Source of the DNA: Bugula neritina | Taxonomy: Eukaryota > Animalia > Bryozoa | Direction of reading: 5' to 3' | DNA: 64,000 nt | Assembly (NCBI GenBank): GCA_964035545.1 | Contig: OZ037772.1 | Span: 2,604,001 to 2,668,000 of the forward strand | Shown: positions 11,116 to 23,400 of the stretch, in pieces | How the letters are laid out: each line of letters starts with the position of its first letter | How positions within the stretch are numbered: position 1 is the first letter of the stretch | The notes under the pieces: model-generated | Database searches by the model: none | What the model was told of the DNA's origin: nothing | What the model saw: only the letters and a program-made list of their open reading frames with translations | Made by a program: the position numbers and the translations under genes

Positions 11116-12189
11116 ATGGAAACGGGCTCGATGCCAGTAAATTCTGAACTAATTCAGCAGATTGAATCAGAATTAATGGGAACCACGTTTCATGTGAATG
11201 ACGATGAAGACACTGTAATGGCCGACGGTCTGTTAGACCTGGAGCTAGACACTGTTCTTGGTCAGTCCACACATGATTCATCAGTTCCTCGAGTGCATTC
11301 CAAAAGCTGTGACTCTCAGGCTAGCAACGGTCGACAGTCACTAGAATTATGTTGTAAAGATCCACCGCGATCTAACAATAATTCTACTTTTGTAGACACA
11401 CTCGCGCCCGTCTCTCCGGGCATGCCTTCTCTAGAGATGGCGTGGGACCCAGAGCCGGCCCCAACAACTTCTACAACCAGGCAACTGCCACCCCAGTTGG
11501 AAGCAACCTCCAACTGGATTACCCCTGCCACAGAGAGAGAAATCAGGACCCATCAAGGAGGTGAGAGTAATCGTGAATGCAACCTCTGCCAGCAGCGATT
11601 CACAAACCACCGCAGACTAAAAGTACACTTGCCGCAGCACTACATCACCACTTTCTGCCCTTGCGAAGAATATAGCTACAATCGTGATTACCTATTGCGG
11701 CACCAACGTACTATGCAGTGTTATCAAGGGCATGTCTATGAAGTAGACGAATCATCCTATCCTGCCTTTCTCAACGCCATCAAACCACTCATCACTGACT
11801 CAGCTCGGCTATCTCGCCTGGAGCAAGGCTTCCCTTCCCCGCGACCCATCATCTCTGGAGCCGCAGACAAACCTACCCAGTCTACTAACTCTCCACCTCA
11901 CAGTCCTCTACGCATGCCGCATACCTTTCCTCGTGTCGTACTACAGAGGGTAGACACAAATGCGTATACACTCCCTCCTCCCCTTCCATCCTCAGAGCGG
12001 AAAAGACACAGACAGCCGACTTCCTCTCGCTCGTCTCCCTGGGCCTGCAACCTACGTGAAGTAGAAGCTAGGGCACACGACTTGGAGCAAGAAGTGTACA
12101 GGCTGGCCCCACGGGTGAAAGCTGCATCCAGTGAACTCAAATATTTACAGGAGTCTATTAAACGCATGAAGCGTGCGGCCCGCAGTTAA
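11116..12189 (+). CDS. Retrotransposon ORF3, 357 aa: acidic N-terminus, C2H2 finger plus atypical C-x-C-x12-H finger, Pro/Ser linker, C-terminal coiled coil
   Basis: Intact ORF between pol stop and PPT; CNLCQQRFTNHRRLKVHLPQH; same length in copy B with mostly synonymous differences at the 3' end. Confidence 0.85.
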   Translation: METGSMPVNSELIQQIESELMGTTFHVNDDEDTVMADGLLDLELDTVLGQSTHDSSVPRVHSKSCDSQASNGRQSLELCCKDPPRSNNNSTFVDTLAPVSPGMPSLEMAWDPEPAPTTSTTRQLPPQLEATSNWITPATEREIRTHQGGESNRECNLCQQRFTNHRRLKVHLPQHYITTFCPCEEYSYNRDYLLRHQRTMQCYQGHVYEVDESSYPAFLNAIKPLITDSARLSRLEQGFPSPRPIISGAADKPTQSTNSPPHSPLRMPHTFPRVVLQRVDTNAYTLPPPLPSSERKRHRQPTSSRSSPWACNLREVEARAHDLEQEVYRLAPRVKAASSELKYLQESIKRMKRAARS

Positions 12190-12470
12190 CTTGAGTCTAC
12201 CTACAACTCCATACTACTCATTCCCCTACCTCTCTGTGGCATTCCCTACCGTAATGGTGGCACGTACTCTACATGTAGATAGGACCTTCTCTTGCTTATT
12301 ACTTAGTGTGCACGTTATATATACCTGTATATTTTTATCAGTTGTTGTTGTTTTTTTTGTATATACTTTTATACTGTTCTCTTACCCCCCCCCCCCCCAC
12401 AACGAAGTATACGTTTTTTTTATGTGAATTTTATTTTATCAGAAAGTGGGCTCTCTGCTGGAGGGGGCAG

Positions 12471-12774
12471 TGTGGTGGCTCGTGGAGCTACCAGCAACAC
12501 AATACGCAAGGTTGCGTATTGACCCGGAACAATGTATTAGCCAATTAGCTAGGCTGTTTTATGAGAGTAGTAGCAGCTTCGCGCTACTAGCTCAGTTGAG
12601 GATAGTGCTGTAAATTAAATAGACGTGCGTATCATTACTGTTGTACATTAGATTTTATTATGTATTCTTGTATTAAAATATAACGATATCTACTTGACTT
12701 AACTGGTGACGTTTCTCTAGTGATAAATAGACTCTCTTGGTGGCACATCAACCCTAAATCTGAAAATCATAACA
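12471..12774 (+). repeat. 3' LTR of copy A
   Basis: Follows PPT; ends AACA then TSD ATAT. Confidence 0.97.
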
Positions 12775-12796
12775 ATATTATATTTATATAACAAAT

Positions 12797-12946
12797 CGCA
12801 TTGTAGTTCCCTAAGCCAAGCGTAACTGGTTATTGTAGGTCACGTGACTCAACAGATACACGCCCCTTCTGCTGTAACATTATAACGTCATTGAACACAG
12901 TCCTCCACACGTTGACTGAAGAGGGCTACACACTGATAACTCGGAG
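12797..12946 (+). promoter_or_regulatory. Putative TRIM-gene promoter and non-coding first exon
   Basis: Local CpG enrichment, TGTAGTTCCC (ACTACA motif), palindromic E-box GTCACGTGAC 12839-12848, donor-like GAG|GTTAGT at 12946/12947; acceptor TTTTACAG precedes the ATG exon at 14415. Confidence 0.45.
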
Positions 12947-14437
12947 GTTAGTATAACATTTATAGACTTAGTTTATCCATAGTCGGCAATCAGTATAAGT
13001 ATTACATTTACTACATTGCTATAACTATTAGAATTAGATTCAGTGTTGCAATCAGTTTTAATACCACGCTCGCTACCATCATCATTAAATTTATTTAAAA
13101 TGATTATCTTAACAAGTTATACTTGTAGTAGGTTTATTAATATTATTATTTATAACCAGTGAGTCACTTATCTTTACTTTGTAAATTTATGATTGTAACA
13201 CTGAATAGCATTATCATCATTATAATTATAATAATAATTATAATTATAATTGCAAGTTTTTAAATTAATGTTACACTTACTCGATTTGAATATCAGAATA
13301 TCTTACCACTGGCACTAGTCAGTTATTAATGACAGTGCATAGTGATCACTGCATGTGAGACATTGTCATACCCTGCACATTCCAATGCACTGCCCTTCTG
13401 TATTCATTGTGAATAGCATATTTAGTTGGCTTATATTATTTTACTCAGCTTTGATTATACAACTAACATGTACTGCACTGCTCTAATTTATGTAACAACA
13501 CTAGTTGCTACTATCTTTACCTCTAAATTTATATCATTTAAAAAACTAACATATTTACATGATAGGTATTAAAGTTAAAGTTACATCATTGGAATTGACT
13601 ATTCTATAGATTACTGAGAATATAAGGTTAGCCGCATTTATATGATGTTGTAGACATAAAATATGAGGTTAGTGTTAATAAATCATTTGCTAGGTAAGAG
13701 TGTAGAATAAATAATTTGCTAGAGATGAGTGTAGAAGCTGCCAACTCATGAAACAACTACACCTGACCTAACAGAAGCACAAACATGTTAAATTAGTTTG
13801 TTTCACACCACCATAGTTTCTATTAGATGATTAGAATAGCAAACTAGCAATTGATGGCATGTTTCCTGACAGATGGAAGGGTGACTCTAAGTAACATATT
13901 AAATCATGCATCACTAACACTGCAGAAATGTTAAAATGAGTTTTGTCATGTAGATTATCAAGGAAACAAAGAATTTCCAACACCCAGCACAAAATATTTC
14001 ATAGAACTATGTTTTCTCACACTGCTATGTTCCCCCTGTTTAGTTTCTCACTCATGCTATACACTCCTTGCTATGTAATAGTTCAAAGTACACCCTGGGA
14101 AGGAACAAAGTCTATCCTATGCTCAGGTGTAGACTCTGTCCCAGTAGTGTGTCAAAGTATTCAGTTAGAAACACATTATTATTGGGAGTTCATGAAATAT
14201 CCAGCTTATATAAGCAGCTGAGTCAAATTCTGCTGTTTGTTCATGAAATTATTACGTAACTCACTGGTATTCATGTTTCACTTTTCCTCTACATATTTAT
14301 AGTCTGGATATGACTTAGAACTTAATAGGTCAGTCTTTGGTTGGGAAGGCGAAGGACAAACCTTTACAGATGTAGTGTGAAATATTATGCTAAGAGTATG
14401 TGTATCTTTTACAGGATTTCCTTATTATATAACCAAG

Positions 14438-17400
14438 ATGGCAGAATCCAGAGTTGTGAAAAAGAGACTAAACAATTCGTATCGCTGTGGGTACTGCTCG
14501 CAGTACTTCAACAAACTTGAAGATCCCAGAACTCTGCCCTGTCTGCATGTGTACTGCATGAGATGTTTGAAGACTGACATCGGTGGTAGGAAGGATCATA
14601 TCAGATGTGCTTATTGTAGGTGAGTTACAGTACATAACACAATATATCATGTCATAGGCTTGCATATGATTTTCTCACTACCACCTAGGAGTTGTCTGAT
14701 CTGTGTCTATGAAAAGCAAACAATACTGTATGTTCTATGTGAACTCTGGTTACTAACTTGTGGAGTGTGTGGATATCTTTTCATTAGGTAGAGAAAATAA
14801 CTGTTATGTAGATTACATCATCAGCTGTCCTCTCTTGTTGAATTGTGGTGATGTTGGATGTCATGGGATTGGGGTTGTCTCCTCATTATATTATTTTGTT
14901 CTCATACAGTACAAGACTTGTTAGACCAACCTTTTTCATATCATCCCCACTTTCATACATGTTTACTATTAATTATCCCCCCTTTAAAAAACCAAAAAAA
15001 TTTATGACTGACATAATGATAATAAAGATTACAATGCAATATTTTTCCTATTACATTTGAATATAATATAATTATTTCTGATAATTATATTATGCATGTA
15101 TAAAACACAGAGCAGTTCAATTATTAATATTATGGCTGCAGCTGATGACATTGTGTCAGCTTGCTTTCAAACCTCCCACCCCAACCCCTAAACCCCAACC
15201 CCAATATTGTAATTAAAACACATTCATGTAGAAGTAGACTGAGATGACAGAATTGGTTAAATAGATAAGCTAAGATGAATGCTTATAGATATGCATGTAC
15301 ATGTAACTTGCAAAAGCTCAAAAGTCTTTAACAAACTGCTTGAAATTGTCAAAATCGAAATCCAGGCTCCCCCTACGAAGCCCAAAATTCCCTCTTATAG
15401 GGGGATTCTCCCAGGTTGGGAACCACTGTGTTGAATTGACTTATGTTTACTATCTTCTTTCCTGTGATTAGAAATATGTATGATGTTGTCATGACAACAG
15501 AGTTGCTGTGGCACAAAGTACAGTTTACTAGTATGTAGTGATTGTGTAGTGAGAGTGGAGTGTTTGGTTATTGTCCATGGTTATGTGTAATCTGTAAGGA
15601 GTAGAATTATATTATTTTAATATAATGTTGAGAGAGGTACTTTTATAATGGCAGTTTGCTCAATAGCTTTAGTTCTAATGCGATAGACTCATAGCTCTGG
15701 AGTCTAGCAGCTGTTACTATTACCACTAGCTGTTCAAAATTCTGCCAACATCCGGGCTGCCAAAGCATAATAGCCATTGACATTAAGGCCAAGCAGTCAC
15801 TGGGAAATTATTTGACTAAAGAGCAGGTCTTATGACAATTAGTAGTCAGTCCCTTAGACAGGAAACAGTGATTCCGTGACCTATTTAGTTAAATCCAGTG
15901 CTGAAATTTTAATAGATTATTAGACGGCCATCACAATTGTATTTGGTAGTGAGTTGTACAATATAATATTATGGGGTGTCAATCAGTGTCTAATATAGTC
16001 TGTGAATTGAGTGTCTCCTTTAGCTTTGATGAGTTGATTACTTCTTCTACCATCAGTCAGTTGTATTGAGTGTTACTTTGTATTGAGTGATGAATAGTGT
16101 TAAGGATTTGGGCTTATATTATGCCAACCCCCCCCCCCTGACTTAGACTGTGACCCAACCTGCTGCACATACATAGCAGTACTACACTGAAGATAGTCAA
16201 CATGTGTATATATCATATTGTGGTGGCTCGTGGAGCTACCAGCAACACAATACGCAAGGTTGCGTATTGACCCGGAACAATGTATTAGCCAATTAACTAA
16301 GCTGTTTGATAAGTAATAGTAGCCGCTTCGCGCTACTAGCTCAGTTGAGGATAGTGCTGTAAATTAAGTAGACGTGCGTATCATTACTGTTGTGCATTGG
16401 ATTTTATTATGTATTCTTGTATTAAATATAACAATATCTACTCGACTTAACTGGTGACGTTTCTCTAGTGTTAAATAGACTCTCTTGGTGGCACATCAAC
16501 CCTAAAACTGAAAACTATAACAGTGGTGGCAGCGGTGGGATAGTGTATATCAAAGATGGAGACTGAAAACGCTGGAATGCAACCACCCCCAGTAGAAGGT
16601 GAGCGTAGAAATGCTGTTAACCCTGTAAACTATGAAGGAGAAGAAGCTTATAAACATTACTTGAAAGCTCCCACCTTTACTGGGTCGGAAGATGTCGAAC
16701 AATTCATACAAGAATTTAGAGAAGTAATGGAAGTTGCTCAATGGCCGCATAGAGTGGCCCTCATTCAGTTGCGGAGAGCAGTGACGGAGCAAGCCAAGCC
16801 GTACGGAGTGGGAACGGACGTAAACGGCATACTGGCTGCGCTGCGGGCCCGTTTTGGCACCTCCGTCATAGACGCTCGGACCAAGCTGGAGAGATTGTGC
16901 CGCACCCCGCGGACCTCGCTGCAAGAACATGCCGCGACGATGAAGAAGCTGGCGCAGATTGCATATAGCGATCTGCCAGCACAACACCAAGAGCGTTACA
17001 CCTATGGCGCCTTTGTCCAGTCCCTAAACGACCTGGGCCTAGACCATCACCTACGAGCTAAAGGGATAACCAGAATGGAGGATGCCCTGAAGGCTGGAGA
17101 AGCTTACCTGTTGGCTACCCAAATGCATCGAGCACAGCGGAACCCACCAGTAGTTGGAGTCAGCGCTGCTCGGGCTACGACAGGCTCCGAAGCCCTCCCG
17201 CTGGAAGCCGAAGTGGACCGTATGGTAGAGATGCTGGGACAATTGGTAACCATTCTGGCTGGTGCTGGCCCCGGTCAGGCCTTGCGGATGCCCCCAACAC
17301 ATGTGGGGCAAGGCTGGAGTAGCGCTGATCAGAACCAGAGACAGGAAGGACGACCCCAATACCAGGGGGCGTTAAACTGTCACGGCCCGCGGACATTCTC

Positions 17401-20400
17401 CCTCCCCGCGGGCCGCAACTAAAGGAGCATGATGGAACACGCCGTCGGCTGTCCGTACGGACGCGGCGGAACATTCTACCCGAGTGGCAGGTACCACGCA
17501 GGACTAGTAGGCCCGCACAACGGCCCAGTACCTTTTCCCTGCCACTCGCTAACCGGTTTCACCGGTTACCTCGGGAGGAGGAGCCCGCCACTGAAATGGA
17601 GCCAGAAGGCCCAGTGGAGAGGCCCAAACCCCGCCGGCACCAACCTCGCCGCCGGAAGCCCCGTAAACCACGGGTGAAACCCCCGCCGTCCTGTCAAACC
17701 AGGACAGCACATGCGGGGGGGGTGAAAGTACAACCACATGGAGAGAGCTATCTCCTACCCGGAAAGGTGGCCGGCAACGCCGTCACTTTCCTGCTCGACT
17801 CCGGTTGTACTACCAACCTTCTCAGCCGTAGAGTCTTTGAGGCACTGCCCCGCCGGGACAGGGATAGAGTACGACCGTATACTGGAGAACATGGCACCCT
17901 GGCAGACGGGTCATGTATCCCCTTTTATGGTATTATCGAGCTCCCTGGGCGTGTCCGAGATCAGGCTGTACAGGAGACCTTTATCATAGGTCAACTGGAA
18001 GAAGATGCTATCCTCGGAATGCCCTTCTTGAAGCAGCACCAGTGCCGAATAGATTTCAGTAAGTCGGTGGTGCTGATGGGCGGGCGAGAACTCGCCTGTG
18101 TGGATAAGTTTGGGCGTCCCCTGGTGGGCGGTGTTTAGGTAGTTCGAAACTGCACCGTACCCGGACGCTCCAGAGCTACTATCCACTGCCGAGTGAACAG
18201 CAACCGGATAGCCAGGCTCGGGGTTGTTGAAAGCGCGCACGAAAAGATCCAACTCGCCAGTAGTTTAAACCGACTAACTGAGCGAGGGGAGGTCTTAGTG
18301 CAGTGCGTCAACCCCTTTACCGAGCCCATTGAGCTCCCAGCTGGGTCAATGCTGGGCCGGTTCCATTCCGTCCAGGAAGAGGACGTGGGCCCGTCGCTGG
18401 GTGACGCGACGGAGGCACCCCCTCGACACCCTATTCAGGGACGAGGGGCAGTCCCAACACATCTCCGGGAGTTATACGAAACAGCCAGTGGCGGCTGCGC
18501 GAGTAACAGAGAACGCCAAGCTATGGCCAAGTTACTACGCGACTACGGTGATGTGTTCAGTAGCGGAGAGCATGACGTGGGACTGACTGGAATTGTCAGA
18601 CACGAAATACCGCTGACTGCAGGAACAGTCCCTGTCCGGCAACCCACGCGCAGGCTGGGGCCGGAGAAAGAGAAGGAGGTTAGCCGACAAGTACGGGATC
18701 TTCTGGACCGGGGACTGATAGAGCCCGCCCATAGTGCGTGGAGCTCGACAGTCGTACTGGTCCGGAAGAAAGACGGCAGTTGGCGGTTCTGTGTGGACTA
18801 CCGCAAACTCAATAGCGTAACCATACAGGACGCCTACCCTCTACCTCGTATTGACGAGTCATTGGACGCCCTAGCCGGCAGCAAGTACTTCAGTACGTTA
18901 GACTTGCTAAGCGGCTATTGGCAGGTTCCTCTGAGTCCCGACGCCCAAGAGAAAGCGGCGTTTATCACACGGGACGGTTTGTGGAAGTGGAAGGTGCTGC
19001 CCTTCGGGTTAACCTCCGCCCCAGCCACCTTCCAGAGGCTGATGGAACAAGTCCTTAGCGGACTCCATTGGAAGACACTGCTGGTCTACCTCGATGATGT
19101 CATCGTAATCTCTCCAGACTTCGAGACACATGTCAGTCGTCTGCAGGAGGTTTTCGAGAGACTCCGAGGTGCCGGTCTTAAGCTCAAACCTTCCAAGTGC
19201 GCTCTGTTGCAGCCGGAGGTCAAGTACCTGGGGCACGTTGTCGGTCGAAACGGCGTGGCAACGGATCCCGAAAAGGTACGGGCAGTAGAAGACTGGGTCA
19301 CCCCCCAGGACTTGACCGGACTCCGGGCTTTCTTGGGGCTGGTAGGGTATTACAGGCAATACATACCAGACTTTGCGGGCATAGCCCAGCCGTTAAACCG
19401 GCTTACCGCAAAGGGAGTGACGTGGCAGTGGACTCCAGTCGAACAAGAAGCGTTCGACCGCCTCAAGGGCTGCCTCCTAACGGCGCCCATCTTGGCCTAC
19501 CCAGACCCCACTCTGGAGTACATCCTAGACACGGACGCCAGTGACCAGAATGTTGGCGCTGTGCTGTCACAAGTGCAGGAAGGCCGAGAAGTAGTAGTAG
19601 CCTACTACAGCAAATCTCTCTCTCCCGCTGAACGAAATTACTGCACTACCCGCAAGGAGCTGCTGGCAGTAATCAAGTCAGTGAAGCACTTCAGACCATA
19701 CCTATATGGCAGGAAGTTCCGGCTGCGTATGGATCATGCCTCGCTGATCTGGTTGTGCAGGAGAGCAGAGCCCTCCAGTCAGGTCGCCCGGTGGCTCGAA
19801 ATCCTAGCTGAATTCTCGTACCGGATCGAACACCGACCGGGCAAGAGACACAGCAATGCGGATGGGTTGAGTCGCCGACCTGACGGAGGTTGCAAACAGT
19901 GTCTCAACATCGAGAGGAGGGATGGAGGTCCCCCACGATGCGAGTTGGAGACGCTGGCTCATCACGGAGCACCGTTTGACTGGGATCAAGGTCAACTCAG
20001 GCAAAGAGTTGATGAGTCCCCGGAGGATGTACAAAACCTCCGCGCCAACCCTGTACTGGCCGGTAATGTTCGAGAGCTGAAGAAGCTCCAAGAGGAGCTG
20101 CCTGGAGTCGTGGCAGACATCTACCGGGCCAAAAGGGAAGGGCGACGACCCAGCGAGGAACGCATACGACAGGGATTCGCCGAGTTCCGGCTATACTGTC
20201 AGCGTTGGGACTCGCTGCGGATCGGGCAGGATGGGTTGCTAACCATCTCTCTAGCTGCCAGCGGCAGACACCCGGAAAGGAAGAGGGTAGTCTGCCCCAC
20301 GGCCATCCGCATTTAGTGTTGATTTGGGATACCCACAAGCAGGCCCACGCAGGGGTCAAGCGAGTGATATCCAAATTACGACTCCGGTGGTATTGGCCGC

Positions 20401-23400
20401 AGATGGAGCGTGACGTCCGGCTCAGAGTCAAACAGTGTGAGATCTGCCAGGCCAGTAAGCATAGCCGCCCCCCTGGTGAAGCAGGACGGCGGAGGCTATA
20501 TGCTGGTAGGCCCTGGCAAGTAGTCGCTGTAGACCTGGTTGGACCCATGCCCCTGACCCCCAGAGGAAATAATTGGATCCTAGTACTAACCGACCACTTT
20601 ACTAGGTGGGCGGATGCTCTGGCTATCCCAGATGCGTCAGCCCCAACAGTGGCCAGGGCACTAGACCAACATGTATTCTGTTATTTTGGGCTTCCCGAAC
20701 AGATACACTCTGATCAAGGCGCTCAATTCCAGTCTCAACTGATGAGCGACCTTTGCCACCTCTGGGGAGTAAATCAGAGCAGGACCACCCCCTACCACCC
20801 TCAAGGTAACGGGGTGGTGGAGCGCAACAACCGGATGCTAGGTGATGCGCTCCGGAGTCTCCTCCTTGGACGAGGTCAAGAGGAATGGGATACGGTGTTG
20901 CCGCAAGTCATGCGTGCATACCGTAGCACCCCACACACCAGTACTGGTGAGACCCCAAACCTCTTGATGCTCGGGAGAGAGACTCGTGTCCCTGACCATC
21001 TCACCTATCACGTTCCAGAGCAGGATAACTCAGTCCACGAGTATGCCAGTGAACTAGTGGAACGGATGAAGGCCGCACACGAGATACTGCGTCAACAGCA
21101 GTGGAAGGTGCGGCACGAAGATTCCGATGAACCACCCCTCTATCAGAGAGGAGATAAGGTGTGGATGGTCAATTACCGTAGGCGCCGCGGACAGGCTGAT
21201 AAGCTGAAGCCTAAGTTCGTAGGCCCCTACGTGGTCGTCGAGGCTATGCCCAATCATACGTACAAGATTGAGCGCTCAGGACAGGTGTCTATCCAGAATG
21301 AGTCTCGCTTGAAACCGTATTGGGCTAGCCCTGACGGAGTGGGAGAAGCCCCCCCGTTGTTAGAGCCCAGGAGGCAGACAACGACGCGCGGGCGACGGCG
21401 GCATGGACCTGAATACGAAGTGGTCATACCGCGGGAGGAAAACTTGGTGAGAGAGGAGCGGCAGCTTTTGTCAACAGAAGCGTGCCCGCCACCGCCAAGT
21501 CTAATTCCATCACTTCCAGAAACCGAGCCGGTTCCGGAAGTGCAAACCCCCACGGAGGGAGGGGCTCCATCCGGAGAACAAGAAGAGGTGACCACTAACG
21601 GTGAAGTAGAGACGCCATTTGAGGCCCCTACTAACGAACCGGCAAGCGTGTCACCCCCCCTAGAAAGGGGACAGCGTACGAGGAAACCCCCACCGTATTT
21701 GAAAGACTTCATATGTGACTGCATCAGAAGCGGCGCATATGAAAGTCTAGGGAAAAACCGTACGATAAAATGTTGGAGTTGTGAACCCCACGCAAATATC
21801 AACTTTTGCGAGGGCGGAATAGTGGGAGGAATTAATGCGCGTAAAGCAAATAGTTCCGACCTCGTGCCTCAGAAACGATGCTCAGCCTTTTCTTATGCTG
21901 ACATCGCCAAAGGCAGACGTATCCCACAACCAGCTCCAACCTTACCAAGAACGTTGAGTATGGACATTAATACCGAGTTCCCAGGTAAGCCAGTATAAGT
22001 CTTGTATTCCTATTCATGGAAACGGGCTCGATGCCAGTAAATTCTGAACTAATTCAGCAGATTGAATCAGAATTACTGGGAACCACGTTTCATGTGAATG
22101 ACGATGAAGACACTGTAATGGCCGACGGTCTGTTAGACCTGGAGCTAGACACTGTTCTTGGTCAGTCCACACATGATTCATCAGTTCCTCGAGTGCATTC
22201 CAAAAGCTGTGACTCTCAGGCTAGCAACGGTCGACAGTCACTAGAATTATGTTGTAAAGATCCACCGCGATCTAACAATAATTCTACTTTTGTAGACACA
22301 CTCGCACCCGTCTCTACGGACATGCCTTCTCTAGAGATGGCATGGGACCCAGAGCCGGCCCCAACAACTCCTACCACCAGGCAACTACCACCCCAGTTGG
22401 AAGCAACCTCCAACTGGATTACCCCTGCCACAGAGAGGGAAATCAGGACCCATCAAGGAGGTGAGAGTAATGGTGAATGCAACCTCTGCCAGCAGCGATT
22501 CACAACCCACCGCAGACTAAAGGTGCACTTGCCGCAGCACTACATCACCACTTTCTGCCCTTGCGGAGAATATAGCTATAACCGTGATTACCTACTGCGG
22601 CACCAACGGACTATGCAGTGCTATCAAGGACATGTCTATGAAGTAGACGAATCATCATATCCTGCCTTTCTCAACGCCATCAAACCACTCATCACTGACT
22701 CAGCTCGGCTATCTCGCCTGGAGCAAGGCTTCCCTTCCCCGCGACCTATCATCTCTGGAGCCACAGATAAACCTACACAGTCTGCTAACTCTCCACCTCA
22801 CAGTCCTGTACGCATGCCGCATACCTTTCCTCGTGTCGTACTACAGAGAGTAGACACAAATGCATATACACTCCCTCCTCCTCTTCCATCCTCAGAGCGG
22901 AAACGACACAGGCAACCAACTTCCTCTCGCTCGTCCCCCTGGGCCCGTAACCTACGTGAGGTAGAAGCTAGGGCGCATGACTTGGAGCAAGAAGTCTACA
23001 GGCTGGCCCCACGAATACAAGCAGCCTCCAGTGAACTCAAGTACTTACAGGAGTCGATTAAACGCATGAAGCGTGCGGCCCGCAATTAACTCGAGTCTAC
23101 CTACCACTCCCTACTACTCATTCCCCTACCTCTCTGTGGCATTCCCTACCGTAATGGTGGCACGTACTCTATATGTAGATAGGACCTTCTCTTGCTTATT
23201 ACTTAGTGCACGATATATATACCTGTATATTTTTTACCAGTTGTTTTTTTTTTTTATACTTTTATGCTGTTCTCTTACCCCCCAACGAAGTATACGTTTT
23301 TTTTGTGAATCTTATTTTATCAGAAAGTGGGCTTTCTGCTGGAGGGGGCAGTGTGGTGGCTCGTGGAGCTACCAGCAACACAATACGCAAGGTTGCGTAT

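Larger units (their letters stand above)
5322..12774 (+). mobile_element. Ty3/Gypsy LTR retrotransposon, family 1, copy A (gag, disabled pol, ORF3)
   Basis: TG...CA LTRs 5322-5626 and 12471-12774 (about 3 differences); TSD ATAT at 5318-5321 and 12775-12778; PBS 5628-5645; PPT GGAGGGGGCAG 12460-12470; PR-RT-RH-IN order. Confidence 0.98.

Noticed and set aside
11116-12189. ORF3 as an envelope gene
   Set aside because: No signal peptide, hydrophobic fusion peptide or transmembrane anchor; has nuclear-type zinc fingers instead
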